Assembly: GCA_951406725.2 (NCBI GenBank)
Contig: OX597814.1
Coordinates: 36,518,001 to 36,582,000 of the forward strand
DNA: 64,000 nt
Direction of reading: 5' to 3'
Source: Octopus vulgaris
Lineage: Eukaryota
The translations under genes and the position numbers were made by a program. Of this stretch, positions 13,965 to 28,036 are shown in pieces. The notes beneath the pieces are model-generated. The model made no database searches. It was not told the origin of the DNA and saw only the letters and a program-made list of their open reading frames with translations. Each line of letters starts with the position of its first letter. Within the stretch, counting starts at the first letter, position 1.

Positions 13965-14155
13965 CACAAATTGACAACTAGTATTCATCTGTATATATCT
14001 CTGTAACTTAGCGATTTAGCAAAAACGGTCCTATAGAATAACTATCAGACTTGACATAAGTACAGGGGGGTCAATTTGATTGAATAAATCCTTGAAGGCA
14101 GTGCCCCAGCATGGTCATTGACTAGTAACTGAAACAAGTAAAATAATAAAAGAAA
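13965..14155 (+). mobile_element. Degenerate SINE family A 3' half
   Basis: ttgacaac...gcagtgccccagcatgg...gaaacaagtaaaa. Confidence 0.65.
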
Positions 14156-14185
14156 GAATGTGCTTATATTAGAAATCATATTTCC

Positions 14186-14218
<33 letters not shown>

Positions 14219-14800
14219 CTCTGATTATGTCTCAATATTTGAAGTTGACATATTAGTGAACTGTATCTGGGTTCCCTATTCTTGAACATAGTAAGTTGAA
14301 AGTGACTGATGAGGAGCTTCAGTGAGAATTCTATTAAAGTTTTCTTGAAAAGTTTCAATGGTTGACTCTATTAAAGTTTCTGATTATATTGGCATCAGTT
14401 TAAACATTTATATAACCGTTGCATTGTATCCTTAAGCAAGGATCATTACTTTGTTTGCTTCAGTGCATTTGAAAGTTAATGAACTTGATTCGTATCTCAA
14501 TGCTTGATTGATAGTAAACTGGGCACTGGCATACTTGATGGAGTAAGCCAAGTAATTTTAATTAATTAAAACTACGCTGTTACTGACACGAACAATCGTT
14601 ATAGAAATGGTTAATTCTCATCAGAAATGCAAGGGAGACAACTCAAACACTGTAATTAATTATAGTTAAATTCGTAATAAAATTAGGTGTATGTTCTTTA
14701 GTAGAGTGCTATCAACTCTGAACATGTTTCAGTCTTATTAAATTTCATTATTTACATTATTTACATTTGATGGATATTTGTCCTCATCTTGTTTGTTGTT

Positions 14801-14846
14801 AACACAATGTTTCAGCTGATATACTCTCCAGCCTTCATCAGGTGTC
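14801..14846 (-). ncRNA. Hammerhead ribozyme motif, inverted copy with mutated stem III
   Basis: Minus strand: gacac CTGATGA a ggctg..cagct GAAAC ATT gtgtt. Confidence 0.6.
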
Positions 14847-14978
14847 TTGGTGAAATTTCGAACCTGAGTTCTCATTCCTAAGGTCATGGGCATATGGTGT
14901 AGTGGTTAAGAGCACAGCCTACTGACCCGAAGATTCCGAGTTTGATTCCAGGCACTGACCTGAATAATAATAATAATG

Positions 14979-15024
<46 letters not shown>

Positions 15025-15088
15025 CAACAATAACCATGACATTGAAAAATATCATAGAAATCAGGACCCAGGTTCAAAATTTCCCCAA

Positions 15089-15134
15089 AACACCTGATGA
15101 AGGCTGGAGGGTATATCAGCTGAAACGTTGTGTT
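15089..15134 (+). ncRNA. Minimal type I hammerhead ribozyme
   Basis: aacac-CTGATGA-a-ggctg(gagggtatat)cagct-GAAAC-GTT-gtgtt: stem I aacac/gtgtt, 5-bp stem II, palindromic ACGT stem III, triplet GUU. Confidence 0.8.
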
Positions 15135-15848
15135 AACAACAAACAAGATGAACACAAATATCCGTCAAATGTAAATAAGGTAAATTATGTGCATATTTCC
15201 ACATCTCTTAAATACAGAGCTGCATTATTAAACTTCATCTATGTATGCTTATGGAATATTTATGATTTTTGATAATGATCTATGTATGAATGAACCAGTG
15301 GTGTTATAATTTAAAAGGATAACTAGAGAAAATTACCCTGGAATAGCAAGCTAAGATAGATTTAATTGATTAAAATTAGACCTTCAGTGATAAGAGGAAT
15401 GATATTCCACTCCATGCTAGAAATGATAGGAAAATATACTGTCTCCTTTATATTACAATCAAACTTTGTTCTTCTAAGTTGGCTTCTACTTCCACTAAAC
15501 CTTTCTATCTCTGTTGGTATGTATATCAATACAGGAAACTATACAACAATGTACTTGGTCTCAAAAATGGCATACTATGACTATGTGAACAGTTAATATA
15601 ATAAGTGAGATTAATCAAAAGATGTTTTTCATCTTTCAGAATTTCATCAAAAACACTAATGTTTTTTCCATCTAGAAACCTGTTGACTGTGTCTGATATA
15701 GGATGCTTCACCTAAAATTGTCTGTTTATTGGCTCCCTTGATTTAACAACTCTTGGGCCACTATTTTGTTTTCCTCTCAGGTCACTATTCTGCAATGTAT
15801 TTTGACCAGGTTTACTCCATCCAACAATATATTTACTTTGTTTGATTA

Positions 15849-17328
15849 CACTGGTCAACAAAATAAAACTTTTATTCTCTGGCATAAAATCTTAGAGCTA
15901 TTTTAGACTAAGTTTTGGTTGCTGATTCCAAAACTGACCTCAAATTTGTTCTATCACATTACATTTTTGTGCCATTGGTATATACCTTTATTTACCTGGA
16001 GCATCACAAAAGTTAACCTTACACCACTATTTGTGAAAATTTTGGCTGGTTTGCCATCCTAATTTTGAATAATATGTTCAAGCTGAGTTTTGCTTTGAAA
16101 CCCTTTCTTTTCTTTTCAGGTGTGAACTGAATCACTGTGATCTAGTTATGGATACAACATTAGAAAGAAGGATGTGTGTAATGACCCTGATATCTTCTGT
16201 TACATCTGCAGAAACTTCACTCCACAGGCTCAAAGATGCAACATTAATAATTTTGTTAAGAAATTGTATCTTGCTTACTTTAAAGTAGCACTTGAATACC
16301 ATGAAACAACCTGTGCTGAAACTTAATGTCATGAAGCAATTCTTCAAAGCTCTTGATCACAGTGGAGACTGCTTCAGATATATACGTACAATCTTTCCAA
16401 GTCTCAGTGACAAGAAAAAAGCAGGAATATTTGATGGACCTCAAATAAGAACACTCCTCAGGGATCCACATTTTGTTACACTAATGAATGTGGCTGAAGT
16501 TAGAGCTTGGGATACCTTTTCCCTTGTGGTGCTAATTTCCTTGTGAACAGGAAAGCTGACAGCTATCAAGAAATTGTGGAAGAGTTGCTCTTGAGTTTGC
16601 AAGCATTTGGATGTAGAATGCGTGTTAAATTGCACTACTTACAGAGTCACTTGTGTGAGTTTCCAGAGAACCTGAATGGAAAACAAGGTGAATGCTTTCA
16701 TCAAGATGAAAGATGAATGTTTTCATCAAGATGTAAAGATAATAGAAGAACACTACCAAGGCTGGTGGGATTCTATCATGGAAGCAGATTACTGCTGGAG
16801 CTTGATGAGAGACTTTTTGGAGGTTGTGCACAAGAGATCATTAAAAAAGAGAAAGTTTTTGCAGTAATAAGGCAATCAGAATGAATGACACGCAAGCATG
16901 TATCTGACTCATACACTGTTCACTTTCCAGACATTTGTACATTACTGCATATGCTTTATACGCACTTTTGAAAAGTTGTGGTGCACTTGAGCACTGTATA
17001 CAATAAATTCATTATTATTATTATCATTTTTAGTGAGAGATTTTGTATTCATGTTTTGTTATCACCAAGCTTAATTCTTACATGCTAAAGTGCATTTACT
17101 CCCACAACCTTGTGTCTTGTTTTATTAGATTTAAAAACAGATATTGTCTATTAAAATTTGCATCTACATATGTTTAATTCTTCCTTTATGAGCATTAAAT
17201 AGCTGTTTCTAACGAAACTAAAGGATTTTATAACTCAAACGTTTGATGTGATAGGCAAAATCTGATGTCAGATTTGAATTCAGTGCCCATTGATACACTT
17301 TGTGCCAGAAAATATGTGTTGACCAGTG
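15849..17328 (+). mobile_element. Chapaev3 (CMC superfamily) DNA transposon, internally deleted
   Basis: Termini CACTGGTCAACA...TGTTGACCAGTG with 3-bp TTA target duplication (15846-15848 and 17329-17331). Confidence 0.88.
16148..16867 (+). pseudogene. Chapaev3 transposase pseudogene
   Basis: N-terminal NDPDIFCYIC, then MKQFFKALD..GIFDGPQIRTL, KLHYLQSHL..FPENL, FHQD..YQGWW..ADYCWSL; frameshifted and centrally deleted. Confidence 0.85.
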
Positions 17329-18496
17329 TTATAGCTAAAATACACATCCTTCTCTCCATCAACAATATGCTTGCTGTTACTATTAAACACACACACACAC
17401 ACACAAATTCCTGTAGCCCATTGTACCGCCATTTATTTCTTTATAACCTTTGAAACGAAAAGTATCATCCATCATACACAGAAAATTTTAGCCACCTCAT
17501 TTTAGGAAAGCACTACTTCCACAATCTGGAGGACTTTAAATATTAGGGCATGAAAAGTACATTTGCTTCACATTTAAAAAACAGTTACTATGATTATATC
17601 AAGGAAACAACTCTATAATTCACTTATCTCCTTTCCATTTTATTGACAGCTATTAAAATACATTAAGTATCTGATCAACTTGACTATAAATATTTCCTTT
17701 ACAAGTAGAAAAGTACATTAGTAAAAAAAAATACATATATACTACTTTGTCCCTATCAATGAAGAAGCTGCCATTAAAACCTTCATGCATTTTTGACGCT
17801 AGCTCTCATAAACTTTAGCTATCTCTTATAATAGCCATTTTAATATAACATAGCTTATTAAGCTCTTTGTTTATATCGACTGTGACTTTCCACATACGTA
17901 GTAGAAACAAAAAGCATACTGCCAAAAAAAGAATTGCTCTCTTCCACAGGTTTCTCCCTTGGGCTGCTATTATCTATGTCTCTGCATGCTGTGATACCCA
18001 GGTTATATATCGCTGGTGGAGAGATAGATTGATGCTGTCTCTACCTGGCAAACATCTATAATTGACATGGTCAAAGAAGGTCAAAATCACTTAATCTGCT
18101 GGTCTCAGTGCTGGACGTGACAGAGATTTATCTTCCCTCTGGTAACATAAACAAGAGTGTAATTTGCACCAAAAGCCAACACGAGAGCTTCTCTTATGGT
18201 ATCTACCACAGTATAGTTTGTTCAAACAAAACATCCATGTTTAATTGGGGAGAAATATTACCTTTCAGTATTTATTTTGGTGAATACATTTCTCCAGTTT
18301 TTGAACATGCCCAAGTTAGCAGAGGTTTTGCTATACTATCTTTTTCATGCATTAGGAAAGTATTTTTGTCTCTATCATTACATATGTTGTTTATACTCAC
18401 TCTCTCCAGTGTCTAATCACAAATGCATCTTCTTTTGTACCTGTGTACAGTTTAATGTCCATGCCTTCAATTTCATACATACTTTAATATGACTAA

Positions 18497-18551
18497 AACT
18501 GTATCACAACCATTAGGACAGAAACTGTATCACAACCATTAGGACAGAAAT
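18497..18551. repeat. 26-bp tandem duplication
   Basis: aaactgtatcacaaccattaggacag occurs twice. Confidence 0.9.
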
Positions 18552-19379
18552 TTGAATAGCATTAAACATTTTCTAACCTTCTACAAGGGACATTTTTTTT
18601 AGACCATTTAATAAAAAAATGATCAATGTATTCTCTTGAAAAACTGTATTGATTAAAAGCTTGATAAACCCCAATGAATACATAAATTCGAGGAATGAGA
18701 TTTTTTCTCCATGTCTGTATTCTAAGAGATACATCTTGTCAGCATTTAAAAGCAGATCACCATACACTTAATAAATCATTAACATCTGGTTTATGTCTCC
18801 TTCACATTGAATTATTATAATGTTGGTTATCTCCCTTGTGCTTTTCTTGTCTTCTTTACAAGCATCTCTTGTTTAAATGTTATCTGCTCAAAAGACAATG
18901 GATAACCAGTCTTGTTTCCAGAGTGATATATGGTGGAATAGGTTATTATTTTGACTAAGAAACTCTGGGTAGCTATATTTGCAAGGTTTGTGAATTTTTT
19001 TCTTTTTAAGATTATACACACACACACACACACAAACACACAATATCAATGTCATTTCAAATTGTCTCTTACACTTCTGTTTAAATAATTTTAAATAAAC
19101 AGTATTGTATGATTAATGAAAACCATTTCATACGGGATTTCTGGAAACAATTTTGCCTGTGACAATTTTTCATTCCATTAGTTATTACTACTCATAAATG
19201 TATTTAAAAATATTCTCAGTGACACAGTTCTTATGGAATATGAAGTATTAATGTTATGTAAGCATTACTGAAACAGCTGTAGGAATGAATATTTTGAAAT
19301 ATCATGATTATAGTTTTCTATTGTTCTCTAAAATGTATTTTTCAGCTTTATATCTGACAAAGTTTTTTTTTATATATAA

Positions 19380-19776
19380 CTAGCAGTATCACCCGGCGTT
19401 GCTCGGGTTTGTAAGGGAAATAACTATATAAGCATTTTTAGAGAGTTATAGCTAAAAAATAGCAAAAAATGCATTAAAAATGGAAGAAAAATGATGGTGA
19501 ATTTTTTTTTAAATCGTTGACTCATCGTAGACATTTTTAGAGAGTTACTTCCCTTATATAATAGCGACAAAAATGCATTAAAATGGAAACAAATGATGGT
19601 AAATCTTTTTTAAATCGTAGACTCATTGTAGATGCGCGCTAATACCCAGAAGGGCTTGATATGAATCACGACTATAAGATACTCGGTTTTGGTTAAACTG
19701 CACTGCAAAATGTGGGAGTAGTTAGGAATCTAAATCGTAGGAGACAGACACACAACTTCTCTTTTATATATAAAGA
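19380..19776 (-). mobile_element. Non-autonomous Helitron, copy 1
   Basis: Minus strand starts TC, ends in hairpin cccgagcaacgccggg then CTAG, inserted between A and T, no TSD; closely similar to 31367-31763. Confidence 0.85.
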
Positions 19777-20233
19777 TTTTACTTGCAATATTATAAGTAG
19801 CAATGGAAGTATACTTTTCACTTCTTGGGTAATGTAAGAATATATGGCATACACACAATCATTATTCAAGTTTTATCATATTTCTGAGTATTTGTACAAA
19901 ATGATGAAATGATTGGTAATATTCAAAATAAAAATATTTAACTTAAAAGAAAATTGAATAAAGAAAACAACAAAGTACATATTCATTCTTAATATGTTCT
20001 GGAAGATTCAAACATGAATTTGTTAATTGCTGCTATATTTTGTCTAAGAAGAACAAATTCTCCTTATTTCTCATTTGCATAATTGTTCACATAAATACTC
20101 TCTCTATTCAACATATAAACGAACGAACGAACCAACCAACCAGCATGTATATCAGCTATTATATAGAGACATACATTACAATTCATATATGATGTGTGTG
20201 TGTGTGTGTGTGGCATGTGTGTGTATACATATG

Positions 20234-20590
<357 letters not shown>

Positions 20591-22417
20591 GTGTTTGTAC
20601 ACGCATGCATATATTTAATGGAAAAAGTAGGTTTAAATGTTACACTGCTCAAAAAATTTTTCTTGTCTTGATTCTTCATTCCATTAGTTAGCAACACTCA
20701 CCAATGTATTTACGCAAACCAGCACGAACTAATATACCCAAATACGTCTCCAGATTCAATACTGTTGATTATATGTGAAAATGCATTGAAGCTGATATTT
20801 TTTATGGAAATTTCACTAGTTGATTTTTACTTTCACCTCCCCTTAGTGTCAATTCAACAAGACATTTCCTTTTGGAAATTGATGTTGAAGTACCACAAAG
20901 AAATGAAAGCTTATGGAAGCTGGAAGTGAGCAATAAAGAGAGCAAAGTGCCTCCTTCCATTTAACGCTGTTAATGGGTGAATGCTTCTTAGCTGACGTGT
21001 AATGACAAGCATTATCTCCTTGATGAATGACGTATATCTTTCTGAAGAGTTTTGTTTCCTGGCCAGAAGTTTATCTCTTTATATTGCAGATACTTCCTAC
21101 AAATAAGTGCAGTAGCTATTGGTGCATGTTAATTATATTTATTTTCCTTTATGTTTATGCCTATGTAAATATATTCGCAGATACAAAGTACTATGCAGAA
21201 AGGCAAACATACACAAAATCATCTATCTACATCTATTTGTCTTTTTATATGGCTGTCTGTGTGTGCTTGCCACGTTTGGCTATATATATATGTATATACA
21301 CACACACACATACATATACCGCTATACATATGTGTTACCATGCATGCACAATATACATATATACACACACATATATATATATGTGTGTGCGTGTGTATTT
21401 GTGTGTATTTACATATGCATGTATGTATGAATATTTATATATATATATTCACACAGAGAGACACAGACACAGACACATACATATATACATACTCATATGT
21501 ATACACATATGCACATGTCTCTATATCTATGCTTGTATATATGCACGTATGCATAGTTGCATATATGTACTATTTATACACATGCCCATATGCATGATTA
21601 TATGTGCAAGATGAACAGCACTTACTATATGTGTTAGAATTTATATATCAGTCAGTTAAGTACTCCACCTTCACTCAGAGTTTCTCAGCCATATGTTCAA
21701 GTATGTGAAGTATGTGGCGGACACCCTTCAAAAACAACGTTGGCTAAAAGATTTCAGCTGCATTCTCTGTATTTTCTCATATACACACACACATACACAA
21801 ACGCAGACACACACACGTGCACATACATTCACATACATACATATATATATATATGTGCATATATATATATATGTACATATATGCACATATATATGAGTAT
21901 ATACATATGTATATATACATATATGAGTATATATAGATATAAATTCAAAATTCAAATGAGCTATCATTATCTTTAAAAAAATAATGATACAGTGGGCAGC
22001 AAACATAATCCAAATATGCAAAGTATATATTAAAAGTTAGGGTACAATATGTACCTCTTTGCTAGAAAGAAGAGTTAAAACTCTCCAAAACTACGCATCT
22101 CTCACTATATGTAAACATGCATGGAGAATGTAGCAAATACATTTAGAAAAATGGTTGTCCCATTTGTAAAACTGTATCAACTGATTTCACTTTCTATGCT
22201 GAATTGACACTTAATGCTCATCAACTGATACTTGTATATTTACCCCACTCTTTCTAGTTTTACAAACTGGAACAACGTTTTTTTCTAAATGTATTTGCTA
22301 TATTCTCTGTGCGTGTTTACATATAGCGAGAGGTATGTTGTTTTGAAAGTTTTACTCTCCTTTCAAGCACACTGGTACACATTATATTCTGTCTTGTAAT
22401 ATATATATATATATATA

Positions 22418-22655
22418 TCATCATCATCATCATCGTCATTGTTTAACATCCGTTTTCCATCCTAGCATGGGTTGGATGGTTCAACCAGGGTCTGGAAAGC
22501 CAGGAGACTGCACCAGGCTCCAGTCTGATCTGGCAGTGTTTCTACAACTGGATGCCCTTCCTAATGCCAACCACTCCGTGAGTGTAGTGGGTGCTTTTTA
22601 TGTGCCAGGGGAGGCTGGCAGCGGCTACGATTGGTTGGTGCTTTTTACGTGCCAA
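22418..22655 (-). mobile_element. RTE-type 3' UTR copy
   Basis: (cat)n gtttaacatccgttttccatcctagcatggg... Confidence 0.8.
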
Positions 22656-22873
22656 CATATATATATATATATATATATATAATTGAATATATATGTAAAC
22701 TACTAGGTGCAATGTAATACCATAAAGGAAAAATTCAATAATCTGTTAGTGTGACTGACCGTGTCAAAGCACCTACATAGCTAGAAACAAGAGTTAAAAT
22801 ACTCTTAATGGTATAAGAAGAGTGCATATATACAGATACTGACAGGGGAGGTAACTGCTCCATAAACATTCTC

Positions 22874-22910
<37 letters not shown>

Positions 22911-22912
<2 letters not shown>

Positions 22913-23165
22913 TCATCATCATCATCGTTTAGCGTCTGTTTTCCATGCTAGCATCGGTTGGACGGTTCGACTGGGGTCTGGGAAGCCAGGAGGCTGCACC
23001 AGGCTCCAGTCTAATCCGGCAGTATTTCTACAGCTGCCAGATCAGACTGTAGCCTGGTGCAGCCTCCTGGCTTCCCATATCCCGGTCGAAGCGTCCAACC
23101 CATGCTAGCATGGAAAACCGAGGTTAGACGATGATGATGATGATGATGATAATGATGATGATGAT
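22911..23165. mobile_element. Head-to-head fused pair of RTE-type 3' ends (fold-back)
   Basis: Minus copy 22911-23031 joined to plus copy 23034-23165; (CAT)n and (ATG)n tails face outward. Confidence 0.85.
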
Positions 23166-23801
23166 ATACATTTATATTATATTTATTTAATTGAACGCTT
23201 CACATCCATTTCCAAGTAAGTTTATATTAACCTTTCTGATGCAACTCTAGACTCATTCCTTTCTCCATCCTTCTTTAATTCCCTTTTTCTCCTCTCACAC
23301 TTTCACCATTTTCTATCTGTCTCTCTCACCCCCTCTTTCACTTTTCTCTCTCTCGTTGCTCATACGTGACCATCATCCATCTTTCTTTTCCTGCACAGAT
23401 GTTCAAAGGACTGGGTGTTTTCTTTCTCTCTCTTCTATTTTTCTATTTTTAAAGAAATTATTTCACCTAGCATTCACTATTTTCCTCTTGTTCTGGTCTA
23501 ATGACCTTCCATGTTTGTTTTCATTTGGTTTCCTTGTTTCTCTCTACTGACTTTTTTTTGTTCCCAAATTTGACCCTCCATATACCTTAAATTTTACTTT
23601 AGAATTTATGGGAGCAACTGTCTTTGAAGACTCATATTGTTGTTGAATGCTTGAAATGAGACAGCCGACAACTGATGAAGGGTTATTCTCTGTGTTTACT
23701 TGTCCTGTTTTCCATTTTTCCTCTTGTTGTTTGTTTGCGTATTTCATGTTGTTTACACAGTTGGTGATACTCTGTACCCATATATGCATATATATATTAT
23801 T

Positions 23802-23846
<45 letters not shown>

Positions 23847-23911
23847 AATGCACACTAGTTGGTATATGTCCCCACCACTCACTGGTAAAAATATATGTTT
23901 TACAGTCTTCA

Positions 23912-23956
<45 letters not shown>

Positions 23957-24605
23957 CACACAAAGACACATATATATACACACCTGTCTATCCTTGTATA
24001 TATGTGTATGTGTGTGTGTGTGTGTGTTTGTGGTCATGTGTATATCTCTAGAATATACAGACAAATACCTCTACTTTTGTATGTATGTACACCTTACCTG
24101 CTATTAAGCAAGTGCTGAAAATCCAATAAACTAAATGATGAGAAAAGCAGTCTACTATCCCTTTACTGTGTCTTTACGAGAGCATAATCTTCTTTCTCCC
24201 TTATCTCTCCCTATTATGCAGCTTTCCTCTACCTAACTCATATATAAACTGTTTCCCTGGTGTAATTTACACAAATTGTTGCTAATCCCATGATAGTTTC
24301 CTCTGTCAACAGTTTAGTAATGTTACGGATAAAGTTTACATGCGTCTGAAAGAATGAAAATGCATTTTGCATATCAAATTTACATACTGTAATTAACAAT
24401 AATTTATTGCTAATGAAATGCACGTAAGATGGTGTAATCTAATAACAAATAAACCATCTTTTATGTGTTAGATTACTTTCTAAACGTTCTCTGTGGCATA
24501 CAGGAACTTAGGATCTGTATCAACACTAATGGAAATATACAGGGGATTCTAAATACTGGTTATTTGTCATGCAATTTAAGGTTTAAATTGCACTACACTA
24601 TACAG

Positions 24606-24667
<62 letters not shown>

Positions 24668-24920
24668 CTTCCCCATGATTTACATTATTAACTTGTTTCA
24701 AGTGCTATCATCTGAATTGAAAAGCTCAAAAACTGAGACATTTATTTCTAATGTCATTTTTCACAAAAAAGCTAACAAAGCTTAAGATTATATATTGAAA
24801 TAGGTATAAAAAAAAATTCGATTAAGCTGTGCATTTTGTGTGCACATATAATGTATGCATGTGTGTATATTATATATGTGCGCATATGTATATATATATA
24901 TATATTTTTTTTTTCTATAT

Positions 24921-26390
24921 ATCATCATAATCATCATAGTCTAACGTCCACTTTGCATGCTGGCATGGGTTGGACGGTTTGACTGAGAATTGGGAAGCCA
25001 AGAGGCTACACGAAGTTCCAATCTGATTTGGCAAGCTTTCTACAGTTGGATAGCCTTCCTAACACCAACCACTTGGAGAGTGTAGTGGGAGCTTTTTACG
25101 TGCCACTGGCATAGGAGTTGGTGAAGCAGCACTGGCATCGTCTATACTTGAATGGTGCTTTTTACATGCCACTGGCATCGGCCATGACTATGCTTTCACT
25201 CAGTTCAATAAGTCTTCACAAGCACGGCATATCACCCAAAGATTGAAGGATGTTTTTAAATGAGCCAGTAATGTGACACAAGTATCGACCATGGCTACGA
25301 TCTCACTTGGTTTACTGGGTCTTCTCAATCATGGCATATCTCCAAAGATCTCATTTGCTTGTTATTGCCTCTGTGAGGCCCAATGTTTGAAGGTTGTGCT
25401 TAACCACCTGATCCTCTGTCTTCCAGGGTCTACCTCTTCCACAGGTTCCCTCCACTGTTAGGGTGTGATACCTCTTCACACAGCTGTCATCGTCCATACC
25501 AGCACAGTTGCCTTTCTTCCACACCACATCTAATGTTTCTTATGTACAACTTTTCTCTCAGAGTACTTACACTCAGTTGTGTATGCTCAATGATGTTACA
25601 CATCCAGCGGAACATACTAGCTTCATTTCTTTACAAGCCTACACATATCCTCACCAGTCACAGCCCATGTTTCACTGCCATGTAGCATGGCTGTTCACAC
25701 TCAGGTATCATGCAGTCTACCTTTCACTCTGAGTAAGAGGCCCTTTGTTACCTGCAGAGGTAGGAGCTCTCTGAACTTTGCCCAGCCTATTCTTATTCTA
25801 GCAGCTATACTTTCAGAGCATCCACCCCCACTAGTGACTTGGTCACCCAGGTAATGGAAGCTATCTGCTACTTCTAGTTCTTCCTCTTAGCATGTGATGG
25901 AATCTGTTTTCTGTACATTTTTGGTATTTATTGTATCTGTGCATCTTCCACACACAAAAGCTATCTTCCCAGTTAACCTTCCTTTGTGTCCATAGCTTAC
26001 TCTGGGTACATCTTATGGAGTTTCTACCTAAACCTTTTGTAGAGGCCAAGCAGAGCCATCTACCTGAAGGAATTTGTGATTTGTTCACCTTCCTACATAC
26101 TAAGACTTTGGTTTTTGCTAGGTTAACTGTAAGGCCCTTCGATTCTCGACCTTGCTTCCACACCTGAATCTTCTCTACTTCTGATAGCGACTCAGCTATT
26201 AGAGCAAGGTAATCAGCAAAGAGGAGCTCCCAAGGGCAGCCTGTCTTGAATTTCTCTGTTAATACCTGGAAGACTATGGTGAACAAGTGAGTGCTGAGGA
26301 CTGATCCTTGGTGAACCTCTATGTCTACCCAGAATTCTTAGCTATACTCTTTGCCAATCCTCACCTTACTGATGGCATCTCTGTACATGG
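24921..26390 (-). mobile_element. 5'-truncated RTE-clade LINE (RT relic, 3' UTR, (ATG)n tail)
   Basis: VHQGSVLS..FTIV..CPWELLFADYLALIAES..GLTVNLAKTKVLVC; continues into the 3' UTR repeat found throughout the window. Confidence 0.88.
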
Positions 26391-26739
26391 CTAAAATAGC
26401 TAAAAATAGATGCCTAGCTTAAGGGGTTATATGTAGGATAAAGCTACAATTAATGGGTAAAGTATACAAATTGAAGAATTAAAGAATTAAAATTTAAATG
26501 TTAAAAGTTAAATTAAAAATTTTGAATTTAAAGTTAAAAATTTAAGGAATAAAGCTAGCTAGCTTTTAAAGTACTTATGTTGATAGAGAAGTAAAGGAAA
26601 GGAAGAAAGGAAAATGAAAGGAAAGTTTAAAGTTACATATATTGTAATGACCGTGGAAGAAGCTAGGCAAGTTTTAGATGTGTTTATTTTGCATTTGGAT
26701 CTATGGAAGAATCTAAAAAAATAAAATAAACATGCCCTT

Positions 26740-26980
26740 TTCAAGCCTAGCCAGACTCATGGGCCCGGTTTCCCTGTTTCAATGGCATATGTGTTTCCCA
26801 GCTGGATTGGATGCCAGTCCATCGCAGCATAACTCATTTTTGCCAGCTGAGTGGACTGGAGCAACATGAAATGAAGTATTTTGCTCAAGAACACAATGCG
26901 TCACCCAGTCCAGGAATCGAAACCACAATCTTACGATCATGATGCTGACACCCTAACCACTAAGCCACATGCATCCACAT
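26740..26980 (-). mobile_element. tRNA-headed SINE family D
   Basis: Minus strand head tggcttagtggttagg...ggtttcgattcc; homolog at 54590-54775. Confidence 0.8.
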
Positions 26981-27989
26981 GGGAAAATCTAAAGGTGCAA
27001 AAGAACTAATGCTTATGTGTAGAAAATACTTTGTGTGGTTTATTGAATAATTGCTGACAATTATGAATTAATATTTGGAGGACTTCTTTCAGGCAGAGTC
27101 CACATGTAGCGTGCTGGGCTTGGTATGGAACGCCAGAGTCTATTATGGTCCAGGACTTGAGATACTCATCATGTCTTGGTTTTTGATGTCCTTTTCCTCT
27201 AATGCATACCTACTAACACAGAAGCCTAATATGAAGTCCTAACTCCAGCCTCAGCTGTGGACTTGGAACCTAATGGATGACCAGTTAAAGCACTTAATCA
27301 GCACACCTATTCGTTTAGATCACCAGTGTACTAAACCCCTCATTTCTCTATATATATATATCAAATTCTTATATGGGAGAGGGTCTTTATGCCTGTTGAT
27401 GAGAGATCAAAGGTATAGATAGACAGGGATAAGTGTCTTGCTGTAGAGTAGGTACATAGAATAGAAAGAAGGGTAATTTAGAGAATAAGATTAAAGAGAG
27501 CACCTGAATCAGAAAGTAAAATACAGAGAGCAATAATGCAAGAGACGGGGGCAAAAGATGTGTCAGGACAGGTGACGAGTTGGTATTGTTCAGATACTGG
27601 GTTTATATTCTGTCCCAAATAAAAACATGATTTTTTGAACTGTTTCCATCCTGTTACTAATTTCAATGTATGCATCAAAGTTACAGAATATCCTGTGATT
27701 ATTCTTTTCTCTTCAATTCTTTCTTCCATTTTTTTTTCAAACCATAGCATCATGGAATACAGCTGTTAAATGATGATGATGGTGACAATGACGATAATGT
27801 TAATGATGATGATGACATTGTGTGTATGTATGTATATATATATAATTAAGAGAAATAACGTCTATTAAATAATTCAATGTATTATATATTGTGAAATTTG
27901 ATTTAGAATTGCTAAATTGAATTTTTTCCCTGTAACTTTGGAATTATATTCCCTACTATTATTATATATGTATATCACCTATTTATATA

Positions 27990-28030
<41 letters not shown>

Positions 28031-28036
28031 GTATTA

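Larger units (their letters stand above)
14747..15221 (+). mobile_element. tRNA-headed, hammerhead-bearing element with inverted duplication of its 3' part (PLE-like structure)
   Basis: Left arm 14747-14884 is the diverged reverse complement of 15050-15189; between them lie a tRNA-like head (A box 14895-14905, B box 14938-14949) and (TAA)n. Confidence 0.8.

Noticed and set aside
14306-14330. CTGATGAggagcttc as a hammerhead
   Set aside because: Lacks GAAA and stems I and III.
14888-14960. tRNA gene
   Set aside because: No properly paired acceptor stem or terminator; it is a retroposon head, as are the other A/B-box hits.
15526-15711. Protein-like minus ORF after ttttAG
   Set aside because: No clear donor site or recognisable domain; cannot be supported.
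18573-19039. Two minus-strand ORFs as exons
   Set aside because: In-frame stops between them and no convincing acceptor.
23672-23720. CTGATGA as a hammerhead core in a TA-flanked segment
   Set aside because: No downstream GAAA or stem III found before the TA tract.
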